Source of the DNA: Blepharisma stoltei ATCC 30299
Lineage: Eukaryota; Protista; Ciliophora
Direction: 5' to 3'
NCBI GenBank assembly: GCA_965603825.1
Contig: CBFDEM010000030.1
Span: 186,001 to 250,000, forward strand
Length of the DNA stretch: 64,000 nt
The position numbers were made by a program, and so were the translations under genes. This document shows positions 13,015 to 25,710 of the stretch, in pieces; positions within the stretch are counted from its first letter, which is position 1; every line of letters starts with the position of its first letter. The notes beneath the pieces are model-generated. The model was given only the letters and a program-made list of their open reading frames with translations. It was not told the origin of the DNA and did no database searches.

Positions 13015-13839
13015 TAAACAATTTAAAGTTTATTATTAAAGTTAGTGTATTTAAATATAAAATATAGATTGCAATGCAGGGATTTAAGCTGTATGACTTA
13101 AAGATTTAGCACCATGCTTAAGAATAAAATATGAATAATCGCTAAAATTTCTACTATTGAGAAGATTTTATTATTAAGATTAATGTCATTTAATTAACTA
13201 TTTAGCAGTAATTTCTCAGAACTTGCAATGCTTATTTTTAATTATAAAGGAATATGGATTAAAGATAAATAAATTATCTAAAATTAAAATGAACAAACTT
13301 GTCATCACCTTATCAAATTATTAATTTCTTTGCATATTCTTTTTCGAAAAAAAGGTGATTCTAAAGATTCATTGATAGATTCTGTCAATAAGGCACTTCA
13401 TTCAATCTTATATTATCAACATAATCCATTTTTATATCAATATTGTATAAATTATTGTTTTAACTTCATTTATCCCCTGCTTTCCTGACTTGTCTTTAAA
13501 TTATACAGTTGCCTGATTCCAGCCTCTCAATTAAAAAATAAATTTACTGAATTAATTTTTCTATCAAGCAGCAATCTTTTGAAAGAAGTTTTTTATATTG
13601 CCTTACCTCATTTTCTTATAAAAATCTTACAAAGCCCTTAGAATATACTATAGATCTTCAAATATCTTAGTTTTCAATTATTTTTTTGAAAATATTTTAA
13701 ATAATTATTATAACATATTTAGTTAAGTGCAACAGATTTTTAGATTTTAGGCTTGTCTTCTGACTCAAATTAAATTAAAGTATCTGTTTCACATCCCTAT
13801 AAATATTAATAAGACCATAAATTAATGGAGTAATAATAT

Positions 13840-14604
13840 ATGAACTTAAAACATAAATTTTGTGCAGAGGCCTACGGAACCTTTTTACTTACCTTCGTAA
13901 TAGTGGCAAAAGACTATGAAGCAACCTTAATTGGTCCCGCATTCTGAATGTGTGTTCAAGGCACGAATATGATTCATTCTTTTCATTTTAACCCATGCGT
14001 TCAAATTGCCTCTCTACTGCACAAAAAAGGAACCCATAATCTTATTCTAAAGGATAAAAAATTCCTCCTATGGTCTTTACTAGCTCAAATAATTGGCGCA
14101 ATACCAGGAGTCTTTGCAGCATGGTGGATTTATGACTCAGATTTTTATTTCAAGACTGGTGATGACTATAATGATGCTCAGAAATTTTTTGCTGAATTAA
14201 TTTTCTGTATCCATATTATTCTCTGTCCATTGGGTTTAACCTATTGGCCTCATAATAAACTAATTGGAAGCTTGGTGGTGTCAGGGGGAATTACGGCTGG
14301 GATCATCACAGTAGGACATATTTCTGGCGCTTGCTTTAACCCTACCATTTGCTTTACAGTCAATATTATCCAAGGAATTAGAACTGGAGACTCAGAACAC
14401 TTTGAATATCTCTGGATTTATTTTATTGCTCCTGTGATTGCAATGCTAATAGCAGCTGGACTGGCATGCATTATACATTTCCCAACTGAGCCAGAAAAGC
14501 CGATATTGCATGAGGGAATTGCTGGTCGAAATAACGGAGTACCAAAGCATGAGGTCATAGAAACAGTTCACAGTATAGATCTCCAAGTCACAAAAAGAGT
14601 TTAA
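13840..14604 (+). CDS. Aquaporin/MIP family channel, copy 2 (tandem paralog)
   Basis: ATG 13840 gives MNLKHKFCAEAYGTF; TGA 13945-13947 aligns with TGG 12334-12336 of copy 1; the core is highly similar. Confidence 0.88.
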
Positions 14605-15057
14605 ATAATTATTTCTTTTTTGAAAATTCACCCATAAGTGACCAAAAATTTTAACTATATAAATAATTTTGCTTAATAATATATAATTTTGTGATTATCT
14701 AATGAATCTTTAAGCGCTTGAATTCTAAAGTTAAGTAGCTTATTTTTTGCAATATTGTGTTTTATAAAACTTCAATTTTTATATAAATTTACTAAAAAAA
14801 ATAACCTTCTGAGCTATTTCTCATTTTTATGCTTCTCATCTTAAAGAATTTTTTTGAGTTAAAAATACATTAAATGAAATAGAAATGTTGCTCTCTGCAG
14901 CAAAATGGATAAAAGTAGCTGAATTTCAAAGATTTTTTTATTATCATAAAAATATAAAACAATAGCAGGAATAAATTAACACCAAAAATCTCTTTTAAAA
15001 AACTGAAAATTGAAATCCTGGATATTTTATATCGAAAATTCTGAATTCATATAAAAA

Positions 15058-15666
15058 ATGGTAGGAGGAATGATAGGTGGCAAAGTCCACAACAGAGTCA
15101 ATTGGAAGTGGAGAACTTTGCTTAACTTGTGTGCTTACTCAGTCAAAGACCCTACAACACTCACTGAGGCCCAAAGATTCAGCCGCATCTATAGATCTTG
15201 TCTTAGGAGACTATGGCTTCTCAATTGTTGTAGATTGAGGTGGGCGACAGCAAATCATAAGAACTATTTTGAGCACATCGAGAGGGTAAGAAAAGAATTT
15301 GAAGCAGCCAAAAGTTATCCACCTGAGAAATACAGCTATTTTATTAAAGAAAAAGAAGAATGACTTGAATTCACCTTTTTCCCTGCAATATCTCAATGGC
15401 CTTCAAGGCAATACTCAGCCAAATTCAACTTGAATGTAGCTTATCCAGAAGCTTTTCACAATGGAGATGATGCTGGGTATTATAAGCCAAAACCTTTGCT
15501 TGGATTATCTCAAGGAACCGGGCCTTATTATGCAGATTACCCTAAGCAGCCAAACTTTTGGGCTATAGACAACGATGCGCCTGCTATTGAAGATCCATAT
15601 CTAGAGGATTATTTGAAGAAAATCGAGGATCCTAACTTAAGAGATAGAGCTGAGAATAAGCTTTAA
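15058..15666 (+). CDS. LYR-motif protein, probably complex I subunit NDUFB9/B22-like
   Basis: RIYRSCLRR..RVRKEFE resembles the LYR pattern; two ORFs are joined in frame by TGA 15361=Trp. Confidence 0.55.
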
Positions 15667-15795
15667 TAACTGAAGAAATTTAAATTTTTGTGTTAATGTA
15701 ATATGCCTATTGATAAAGGCAGTTTATCAGCTATACAAATATTAAGCCAAAATAGTAATTAAGCTTAAGATTTATAATAAAAGTGTCATATTTTA

Positions 15796-16689
15796 CTATG
15801 CATTTGTTAGTCTCCAAAATTTTGACGTGCAATCTAATGAGCATGTGACAAAAAGCTTCGAATCTCTCGGATGTGTATCTACTCCTATTGTAGGAGCGCT
15901 ATGTGCTTGGCTTTTCACCCCAACCCCACTAGAAAGGCTATAACAAGCAGCTTCTCCAGTTTCACTCCCAACCAAAACTGCTCTATCATCAGCAGAAAAC
16001 TTGCAAGCTATAGCATGTTCATTTGACATATGTGACCCAGAGTAAGCATTCAAAATTTCCCCATTCGTCCTATCAGTAACTCTAATTATATTATCAATAT
16101 GTGTGCTTGCAGTTGCATTACCATCACGAGACAATGCTAATCCCAAAATAGGCTCTTTTAAATCATCCACGCTTAGAGTCCCACACCTTATATCAAAAGT
16201 CCTTATAAATCCATCAAGAGATCCTGCGATGACTTGATCTTCAGTCAAATACACCCCAATGACAGAGTCTTTAAACTGTGATAGAGTTTGGACAGGATCT
16301 TTTGAGTTTGCCCTCACATCTCATAGCTTTATTGTTGCATCTTCAGAACCTGTCGCAATCACAGTGCACAGCCTATTTCAAGCAACTGCTTTGATTTTAT
16401 TATGGTGGCCTTGGAACTTGGTTATCGTTTTCCCTGTTGATATATCTCATATAAATGCTAATTTATCGGCTCCTCCAGATACAAATCTCCCATTATCATT
16501 AGTAATATCCACATCCAGGACTTCATAGTTGTGGGCTCCTGAATAAGTTTTTATACATAAACCTCTGGCCGGGTTCCACAGCTTAAGGGTGCGATCACTT
16601 GAGCCAGTCATACAAAAGTTTCCATCAGCGTTAAATTTTACTACTAAAACTTGTCCTTCATGGCCTTCAAGTGTGTTTATTAGCTCCAT
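15796..16689 (-). CDS. WDR83: WD40 protein WDR83/MORG1-like, 297 aa
   Basis: GHEGQVLVVKFNADGNFCMTGSSDRTLKLWNP matches the family. TGA=Trp at 16447, 16378 and 16321; two of these form the WD dipeptide. Confidence 0.82.
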
Positions 16690-16710
16690 TTATAAAATTG
16701 AATAAATTAG

Positions 16711-18192
16711 CTAATTTGCATATTTCGCAATTAAATTTATAAATTCTTCAACTTCTAGTGTTTCTTTCCCAACTCCTTCAGCTAACATATTTTCGATCTG
16801 GCTGACTGAAATCCCTGATAAATGAGGAGCAAGCATTTCAGCGTTGACTGTGCCAGAATAATTAGGATCAATCAACTTAAACGCATTAGCAATTTCTTGG
16901 GCGTCTGTCATATTTTTGGCGAAATATATGAATTCTTCATGAGTTATCAATCCAGTATTGAAAATATCAATTTTGCTGAAAATTAATTGAGCTCTGGTGT
17001 CAACATCTATATTTTCCCCAACACATTTGGCCATGCTTTCTTTCATCTGTGCGACATTAATAGATCCAGCTCTATTTGTATCCATAGCTGATCATGCTCT
17101 GTCTAGGTGAGGAGTAACGTAAAGCTTTTGATTAGCGTCAAGAACTTTGCAAGCTGCATATTTTAGCTTAGAGGCAAGACGAACCTTGAGCTCGGTTTCA
17201 GGCTCATCATCATATTGGGCGATCCTTAGAAGCATTTGGAAAATTGCACGCTGATCTTGCAAGTAGTTACTTTGAAAAATTGAATTTTCTAGGACGTAAA
17301 TGGCACTTGGTCGGTTTTCTTTGGTAATCATTGTTTTAATAAGCTTCTTTAAATCGTGAGGCAGCTGCTTGAATTGTTCTGGCTTCAATATAGCTCCTTT
17401 TTGTATGTTTTTGACGAGCTCAGTGTGCGTCTCGCCTTGAATTGGCTGAAAACCTAAAAGCATTGTATATAAAATTACGCCAATTGACCAAATGTCACAA
17501 AGCTCAGTATATCTTCCACTAAATATTTCAGGGGCCATATAGAATGGGCTTCCAAACTTCTCAGTAAAAGGTTGGTCTGTGATCTTCCCAGAGCTGCTAA
17601 ATCCAATAATATTGATCTTGGTATGCTCCCTATCAACAAACATAATGTTTTCTATACAAAGCGCTCTATGGCATATCTTTAGGCTATGCATATACTGAAC
17701 AGCGTCTAAAATCTGAGAAACCACTGAGAGTGCTTTTTCATCAGTTGCTCTTTTTTCTTGATATATAAAATCATATAACTCTCCTCCTTTACACATTCCC
17801 ATAACCAAGTGAATATATTTAGATTCCAAGAATACTTCATACAAAGGTACGATATTTGTATGCCGAAGCTGAGAAAGTGTGGTAATTTCATTAATAATTG
17901 AAGAAAAGAGCATGCCTTGATGACGCTGAAAAACAATGTCACTTAAATCACCGACAAGGACTGCATCATCAAGAACATACGTTTTTATAGCTCGCCTAAC
18001 TTGTAATTGTCGATGAGTTGCTGCTCTTATTTGGGCAAAAATAGATCTTTTGTTCCCATCAAGTCGATGTCCAACATGATAAGTCTCCTTAACTAAAACT
18101 CCTGGGTAGTTAATAGTCACATTTGATGAGGAAAGGGACTGTCTGAGTTCAGTATATTTTGTTTGAATAACAACTTGAGCTACAGGATCCAT
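16711..18192 (-). CDS. CDPK-like pseudokinase with degenerate EF-hands, 493 aa
   Basis: Kinase fold (AIK, GGELY, MAPE, DIWSIG) with HRD->HRA and DFG->GFS; joined to the EF-hand ORF by TGA 17092=Trp. Confidence 0.8.
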
Positions 18193-18767
18193 TAGGGAGA
18201 TTAATTAATTATAATTGGCAAGTTACCATAGGAGTTACATGAAAATTAAAGTCGTGTTTTTAAATTGGAATTTTTATAAACATTTTAAATATATTAGACA
18301 ATTTATTATTGAGCAGCTCTAAGAGCTAATATAAAAGATCTAAAGAGTCAAACTGATATTTATCATAGAAGAAATTAAATCCATTTATTTAATATGGCAA
18401 TTTATTAATTGTAGAGGCGCTACTAATATTAAATCTAACGGAAAGATGTTTAAGAGCAAATATTATTTTATGTTTTCTCTATGATTGAGTTTTTCACTTT
18501 TGGATATAAATTTAAAGTTGCAATTATCTTTTAGCTAAAAATTATGCTGTTTTTAAGTAATTATTTTAATCAAATTGAAAGCTTAAAACGTATATCTTAT
18601 GATATCATATCAATAATGCTTATTTTCTACTTTAAGCTAGCAATGATTTATTTATTATCACAAAACCTATACTGAATAATTAAAAATTAGATTTGGAATT
18701 ATTTAAATTACTTCAACAGATTTCTAAATATTATTTAATCAGTTTCAATTATTTTAAATCATTAAGA

Positions 18768-19535
18768 TTAAGTAGTTCTCCTAAGTATGCCCATCACCAA
18801 AAGCTTTGATTCATTCAAGCTTCCCTTTGCAAATAAAAGCAAATCAAGCCAAACATCACTAGGAAAAGTAAATTGAAGTGTCCAGTACCACAATGGCAAG
18901 AAAAAATCTGTGCATATGAAAAGAAAAGAAAGCACAAAATAAACTACCGCAAGAGTGTCATGACTGTAAAATTTCTCAAAATTAATCAGCAAAGCAATAA
19001 TATCAAGCACTCCTGCAGCAGCGGAAATCGCAAGATATATGGCTATTTGCCTTGAACTTTCTCTTATCTCATCGTATGCTTTTCCTTGTAGATCATTAGT
19101 AATCTTTGATAAATCATCAGGCAGTTTCTCATAAAATTGATGGCTTCTTGGCATAGCGATTAACAGCTTATACGCAAAATAAGGACGAACTAGATGCAAA
19201 ATGTGGATAATGATCATAAATTTCACGTGAACAATAAGGATAAGTAAGGCTAAAATCATAAGCCCAAGCTCAATAAGTGTTTGGCGATAAAGGACTTGCT
19301 TGAGATCATATAAAGCAATTTCTGATTTCGCAAAAAGTAACCCTCATTTAGCATATGTCTTGGATTTGCTTGAGGACTGAGAGTCATCAGTAGGCTCGTT
19401 CTTTTGTCGAGGCTCTGGGGTTATGTTTTTACGCTTTCCAGATTCTTGAGCTTTCTTTTGTATAGGCTTTTCTTGAGGGTCGCTGTCTTCTTCATTCTCA
19501 AATCTAAGTGCGAAGGGATCTTGAATGCCTGCCAT
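18768..19535 (-). CDS. Hypothetical multi-pass membrane protein
   Basis: ORFs 19344-19535 and 18768-19259 are joined in frame via TGA=Trp; hydrophilic N-terminus then about 4 hydrophobic segments. Confidence 0.7.
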
Positions 19536-20103
19536 TTTAATATGATTAAACTATTAAGCTTTTGCTTAATTATGACAAGCTTTTATCAAATTTACCAGTG
19601 ATAAAGAGTCTTTATTTTAGTGTATCATAAGCTATTCAATTACATATAGGCTTTAACTTTAATGTTAAATTGCAATGCATATCAATTTAACATTAAGTTA
19701 TTTTATAAAGCACTTCAGGTCTATTCAACCAAAATGATATCTTGGTCTATAATATATATTTCTCTATTTGTATCAATTAATTTACATTATCTTTAAATAT
19801 GAAGAATTGAATATTTTTATCCAGGAAATCTATCTAAATTCTTATACAAGGTTTTTTATTAAGATTTAAGCTCCTGAAGTCCAAAATTGAGATAATTTTA
19901 ACTCAGCTTTACAGCTGATTTTTATTAAAAAATGAGCTGACGGTTAGCAGCTTTCTCAATCATCATCTTCAAATATCCCAAACTTCTCACTCTGGCAATG
20001 CCAGCTTTTAAAAAAATAATGTTTTATTCAGTCAATTTGCTTTATCATCCATTGGAGCATGCAATTTATGGTTAATTAACTCCAATTTATCACATTTTTT
20101 AAA

Positions 20104-21318
20104 ATAGGGTGCTCAGCTTCAACTCGTAGGCCATTGGCCAGTGATCCCAGCCAAACTGGAGACCAAGAAAGAAGAATCATTGCAAAACTTGAAGAGCTTT
20201 CTCTACAAGGAAGAGGAGGTGTGACCGCAACAGAACTCGATCTCATCCGACAAACGTTTTTAAACGTCCGAGAAATGGATGACGGCTTGCGTAAAAGATG
20301 ACTCGAAGCCATTCACAATGACATCCTTTCGCCGATCTATTTTTCCAACGTCGAAAATTTCCCTTACAATGAAAATCGTCCATTTACTCCTGATTACACT
20401 AAAGTTGCTGAATTAAGATTGAAGGACTTTTCAGCATTTAGCCATACAAAAGCTGAACTGAGGGAGTATATTCTGCATATTTTTTATGATTTACTAGATA
20501 CCTTTCATATTGACGTATGCAAAATGCAGAGACTTATATACGCACTCTGTGAAAATTATCAAGATAACCCATTCCATAACTTTTTCCATGCTTTTTCAGT
20601 AGTCCAGATGATCCATTCTATAGGAGAGCATGTAAATAAATACCAAGATCTCCTCGACAACCGTGAACGCTTTGCTTTACTTATCTCATCATATGGCCAT
20701 GACCTAAATCACCCAGGTGTTACCAACGCATTTATGATTAATTCCCGACATCAACTAGCGATCAGATACAACGACATTTCAGTTTTGGAAAATCATCATG
20801 CGGCTACTCTGATTCATTTTCTTGAACTGAGCGGGTGCGATATTTTTTGCAATTTGTCATATGAAGACCAGACTTATATGAGAAGGCTCATCATCCCTAC
20901 TATTTTGGCCACTGATATGGCCAAGCATAAATCTGTGATGGAAAATTTCGACCGAACAATGCGAGAATTCAACAAAGAAAACCCAGTCCATAGGCAAAAC
21001 GTGATGGATATGCTGCTACACTCCTCAGATGTAGGCAATCCTACTTATAAATTCGACTTAGCCACAGTGTTCTCTTTAAGAATTATACAAGAATTCAACC
21101 AGCAAGTCATTCAAGAAGAACAAAGAGGACTCCCGGTGTCTGAATTCCTGAGGGTGGGGAACGACATTAAAAAGATCAAGCAAAATCAAATGGGCTTTAT
21201 TGACGCTTTTATATATCCGCTATGGAAACTTTTGTGTGTTCATATTCCACAAACGCAAGAATATGTAGATGCTATAGAGCAAAATAGAAAAATGTGGGAA
21301 GAGTTAGAAAAATTATAA
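20104..21318 (+). CDS. Class I cyclic nucleotide phosphodiesterase (start codon uncertain)
   Basis: FHNFFHA, HDLNHPGVTN, LENHH, LATDM and HSSDVGN. The frame extends upstream through TGA 20299=Trp to ATA-GGG-TGC (GCSAS) at 20104. Confidence 0.88.
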
Positions 21319-21465
21319 TATAAACTGATTTTTTTCTATAGCAATAATTGGTGTATTAATTCATATCAATTAATCAAATAGTAATTCATAATTATTTAAT
21401 AAAGAAAATTAAAATTAAAGAAAATATAGGCTTGTGCAATTAAACTTGCTTAAAATTTAATATAA

Positions 21466-22308
21466 ATGAAAGAATCACTGGTTCATGGTCTTTCCGGGTC
21501 TCTAAGTGCGATCATTGCAACTCTGTTCCTGCATCCTTTAGACACAATTCGAATCCGTATGCAGTCAACTCATTCAAAAACCACCCTTAGACTTTTCCTC
21601 AAAGAGCTCAGAACCAACGGAAACCTAATGTCTCTATATTCCGGTTTTATTTCTTCTATTATCAGTACAGCCACTAGCCAAGGAGTCTACTTCCTAGTCT
21701 ACAAAGCAATGCAAGTGTTTTTATCAAAGGGAAAGCGCGGGCTTACAGTTTTAGACGATTTAATTGTAAGCGTAATTGCAAGTTTTATAACCATCCTTGT
21801 CAATACTCCTATATGGACTGTAAACACAAGACTTATGAAGTCAGAAAAAGAAGAAAGCATTTCAAGCTGCTTTTCGTCAATAATAAAACATGAAGGGATA
21901 CAAGGCTTATTCAAAGGCATGGGAACAAGCCTGGTGCTGATTTTGAATCCGGTGATTCAATTTGTTACTTATGAACATATGAAAAGAAGATTCAAACAGA
22001 AAAAACTCAATGCGGGAGTCTATTTTATATTTGGGGCACTGACAAAGTTTATTGCAACGATGGTGACTTATCCGTTTTTGACTTTGAGAACAAGAGTTCA
22101 GCTGGAAGACCAGAAAACTCTGAGCTTTGTGGATGCGCTGAAGGATATTTTGGAAAATGAAGGAGCATCAGCACTATATAATGGATTGTTAACGAAGGTG
22201 CTGCAAGCTGTCTTGAATTCAGCTATTGTTTTGGCAAGCCATGAACACTTGACCAAGATACTTTGCTTGCTCTGCTTAACCAAAAAAATCCGTGTAGCCG
22301 CAAAATAG
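21466..22308 (+). CDS. Mitochondrial carrier family protein, peroxisomal PMP34/SLC25A17-like
   Basis: Three carrier signatures (HPLDTIRIR, TPIWTVNTR, YPFLTLRTR); PIW and LILNPVIQF are typical of the peroxisomal subgroup. Confidence 0.8.
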   Translation: MKESLVHGLSGSLSAIIATLFLHPLDTIRIRMQSTHSKTTLRLFLKELRTNGNLMSLYSGFISSIISTATSQGVYFLVYKAMQVFLSKGKRGLTVLDDLIVSVIASFITILVNTPIWTVNTRLMKSEKEESISSCFSSIIKHEGIQGLFKGMGTSLVLILNPVIQFVTYEHMKRRFKQKKLNAGVYFIFGALTKFIATMVTYPFLTLRTRVQLEDQKTLSFVDALKDILENEGASALYNGLLTKVLQAVLNSAIVLASHEHLTKILCLLCLTKKIRVAAK

Positions 22309-22696
22309 ATATTAAAGTAAGTAAAAAATTAAATGTATACTAATTGTCTAATTTCAATCCTTGAAGATCAAAATTCCATTATTTTTTAATTAATTCAACA
22401 ACTTATTCAAATTAAAATAAAATAAGTTGTTCAACAAATTTAAACAATTTTTATTAATCTAAAACAAATTCCAATAAATTTGAATGTAAAATTTCTAATA
22501 AACTTCTTTTCAACGAAAATCTTTTATATCATAAAATGATTTCTTAATTAACTTCTTTTGCTACTAAATTACAAAATAATTCCTAAAACAATGGATATCA
22601 ATATGATCCAAATCAAATTATTGTATAAAACCTTATTCTTTTTATATTTATAAACCTTGATAAATCAGAACATATAAAAACGTATATTATTATTAA

Positions 22697-23443
22697 ATGG
22701 GCTGCTGCGAAGCAAGAGACTCTCCACCTGCTGAAACAATTAAACCTAATTCTAAAGACAATGCCCCAATTACCAGAACCCCAAAGCAATTTCAAGGCAA
22801 ACATGAGTCTAGCTTAGGATTTAATCTGACTGAAACAGAAGAAATTATTGACGATAGAGTTGAAGAAATTGTAGAGTATTGGGCTTCTTTGAAAAAGGAT
22901 CCAAAGTGGCTTTCTATAATTCAAACGGAACATATTATGGTAAAAAGGCTGGAAGGCTCAAAATACTGCGAAAACCTGCCTGTATTTTATTCCAAAATTT
23001 ATTTTGACAAATATGTGACCCCAAATATCATTATAAAACAGCTGAATGACGCAAAAGAAAGAAAAAAGTGAGATAAATCTATAACAGATATAGAAAACAT
23101 CAGGGAAAATTTAGATGAAGTCATTGTGTATACTTATATTTCAACTTTCGGGTATAAAGGTGATTTTTTAGAAAAGAAAACAATTTTGAAAAAGGATGAC
23201 CATGTAGTAATAGTCACTTATTCAATTGCAGATGATTCTAAGCCACCTCTTGACGGGGTTAGTAGAGGGGAAACATTGATGACAGTCCAAATTATAAAAT
23301 ATAAAAATGATAGAACTGTTATGACTATGATTACCCACCAGAACTACAAAGATGTGTTTGCGTCACTTTTCAGTTATCTAATACCTATGAAGCTGAAAGA
23401 ATGGGGAACAGCTTTTAGGAAAAGAGTGCATAGTTTAGTATAA
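22697..23443 (+). CDS. START/SRPBCC lipid-binding domain protein, MGCC N-terminus
   Basis: ERKK-W(TGA 23069)-DKS, DF, YSIADDSKPP..VSRGE; the two ORFs are in frame. Confidence 0.72.
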
Positions 23444-23493
23444 AAATCCTTAAATATATGATTTATTAATTAAATCCTAGAGGAGTGAATTAA

Positions 23494-25080
23494 TTAACTG
23501 ACTGTGGTTTCGACACAGTAATTAAATGGAACATAATCCATATATATTATTTCACATAAAATGTACCCTATTGTCATTCCGAATGCAATCATGCATGAAA
23601 CTAAGTGTCCTGCCATTTCTAATTCGCTATCGCGATCGGGAGATTTCTTAGATATTGAGCCTGGTGCTAAAATCGCTAAACAAGTGAAGCAATACCCATG
23701 AGTGAAGCTGAAAATGCTGGTATTGACATATCTAAATATCGAATTAGCAAAGATGGATGACATATAATAGCAAGAGCCATTATCGCAAACATCATAAAAT
23801 ACACAATGAAGAAGAGTTTGAGGGGTTGTATAGAAGAACACAAATCTAGCTACAATAATGAGGGATAAGGTTCTTATATCTAAAATCCCATAGTTCGGCA
23901 TGAAATTTCCTAAGAGGGAAAAGATATTGAACAAGGCACAATGAAAAACAATAGTTCATGGGAGGCTAGCTTCAGCATGTATCGCAAAAATGATAACCCC
24001 TGGAAACATCATCCACGTAATAAAATTGTTCACAAATTGCAACCCTAAAGGAAGATATGCTTGCTTAACAACTCCCAATACGCTCGCTTTAGCTCCATAA
24101 ACTTCTTCTTTTTCAGGAACTTCGACTTGCTTTTCTACAACTTCTTTCGCCTTTATCTCAAAATTCATTTTTGGCTGAGCCGGAGCTTGTTGGTGGCTTT
24201 GTTCATTCTCTTCAGACTCATCCCAATTAAAATTGAACTCCACGACTTTATTAGTTTTTTCTTTTTCTTTTTCCTTTTCAATCTCTCTTTCTCTATGCCT
24301 TATATCTCTTCTTGTATTGTTTATTATATTTCCTATTGAGTAATTCCTAGGAGACGCAACAAGGACGTGGCTTTCTTCATTTAGCTTTTTATTGAGGTTT
24401 CGGTTTAATAATCTATCTGTCAATTTAGGAGAATAAGTTGGACTTGCTGGAGAACTTGATGCAGAAAAATAGTATTGGGCAAATTTATTGTTTTCTAGTG
24501 CCAAAACTGCACCAATGCACGCTAATGATATAACTACCGACATCAGCATCAGCACAAGGAAGCTTTCCCATGTACTTGGCCCCCAAATCCAAAGTGTAAG
24601 CAATTTTACGATGCAGGGAATTAGCCCTGCAAAACCCATTCCTAGTGTTAAAGCTCCAATATATTTCCCAGGAAGAAGTGAAGCCAGCCCCATCACGCTT
24701 GCAGAGAGCACTGAAGTGTTGCATCCTAATAAGAATATCAGCACAGCTACTGTAATATAAGCAGCGTCATCTGCCAAAATATAGCTAAATTCAATAATAA
24801 GAAGCAAAAGCAGCGAAGATATCCCAAAGGTTGTGAATGCTCTATATGTGTAAGAAATCCTATACGCAAAGAAAAAAATAAAAGTCTGGCATACAAACCA
24901 AGGCAAACTGAAATAATACATATAAGAATAAAACAGAACTGATTTTCCAGAGATCGCAAAGAAATAGTCAAGAGAGTTAAGAATCCCGAACCAAGCAAAC
25001 ATAATCCCAAGCCCTAGAACAAGAAATATCTGATATGCAACGCTGTTCTATTTAGAAACTACCTTATCTTTTACCTTCAT
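23494..25080 (-). CDS. Equilibrative nucleoside transporter (ENT/SLC29); one 15-nt intron
   Basis: KDKNSVAYQIFLVLGLGIMFAW, LPGKYIGALTLGMGFAG, MFPGV and FSFTHGY; intron 25048-25062; TGA 23956=Trp. Confidence 0.85.
25048..25062 (-). other. 15-nt intron (GTAGTTTCTAAATAG)
   Basis: GT..AG with A at position 10; contains an in-frame TAG; links ATG 25080 to the ENT frame. Confidence 0.82.
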
Positions 25081-25140
25081 TAAATTACTATGACAGAAAA
25101 ATTAATCGTATTATTTAATGTGAGCCAAATAATAATTAGC

Positions 25141-25581
25141 TTAGTCTATCTTTTGCTTAGCTGGTTTGCTGCAAAAAATGAAGAGCGCTGCTATTACTCC
25201 GATATTAAGGAAAACCATCATTGTGTTTACGATTTTTTCTTCTCTTTTGGAATAATTCAATGGGTTATTTGTCGTCACTGAAAAGTAGATCATCATAAAA
25301 GTCAGGAAGATTGTGCCAATTCTGTAGTTTAAGAGGATTAGTAAGCTGGATAAAATCTGCAGGCCACCGATAGCATAGACTATATATTCTGAATTTAGAG
25401 TAAGAAATTCTGCAGGGATTGGCACCTCATAGCCTGTATTCACTTTAATGAAGTTCCCAATCTTAACAATATTTCCAAGAGTTGAAATTTGATAAGATCC
25501 AGGGTGGATCATCTTATAAGTCCCAGCAAAGAGAAACATCATGACCAAAAAATATCTTCCAAGGTTCTGCTTGAAAGTCAT
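25141..25581 (-). CDS. DoxX/HR-lesion-inducing-like small membrane protein
   Basis: LGRYFLVMMFLFAG followed by hydrophobic helices, NNP and FLNIGVIAAL; the first in-frame ATG is 25581. Confidence 0.6.
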   Translation of the reverse strand: MTFKQNLGRYFLVMMFLFAGTYKMIHPGSYQISTLGNIVKIGNFIKVNTGYEVPIPAEFLTLNSEYIVYAIGGLQILSSLLILLNYRIGTIFLTFMMIYFSVTTNNPLNYSKREEKIVNTMMVFLNIGVIAALFIFCSKPAKQKID

Positions 25582-25710
25582 TTGTAACAAAAATATATGG
25601 AATATGGTGACTAATATAGAAGCTGCGTATGTGATAAGAAAATCATAATAAAGGAGAATTTGATAAAAATAAAAAATTAATTAATTATCATTCAGGAAGT
25701 ATATGAAAGT

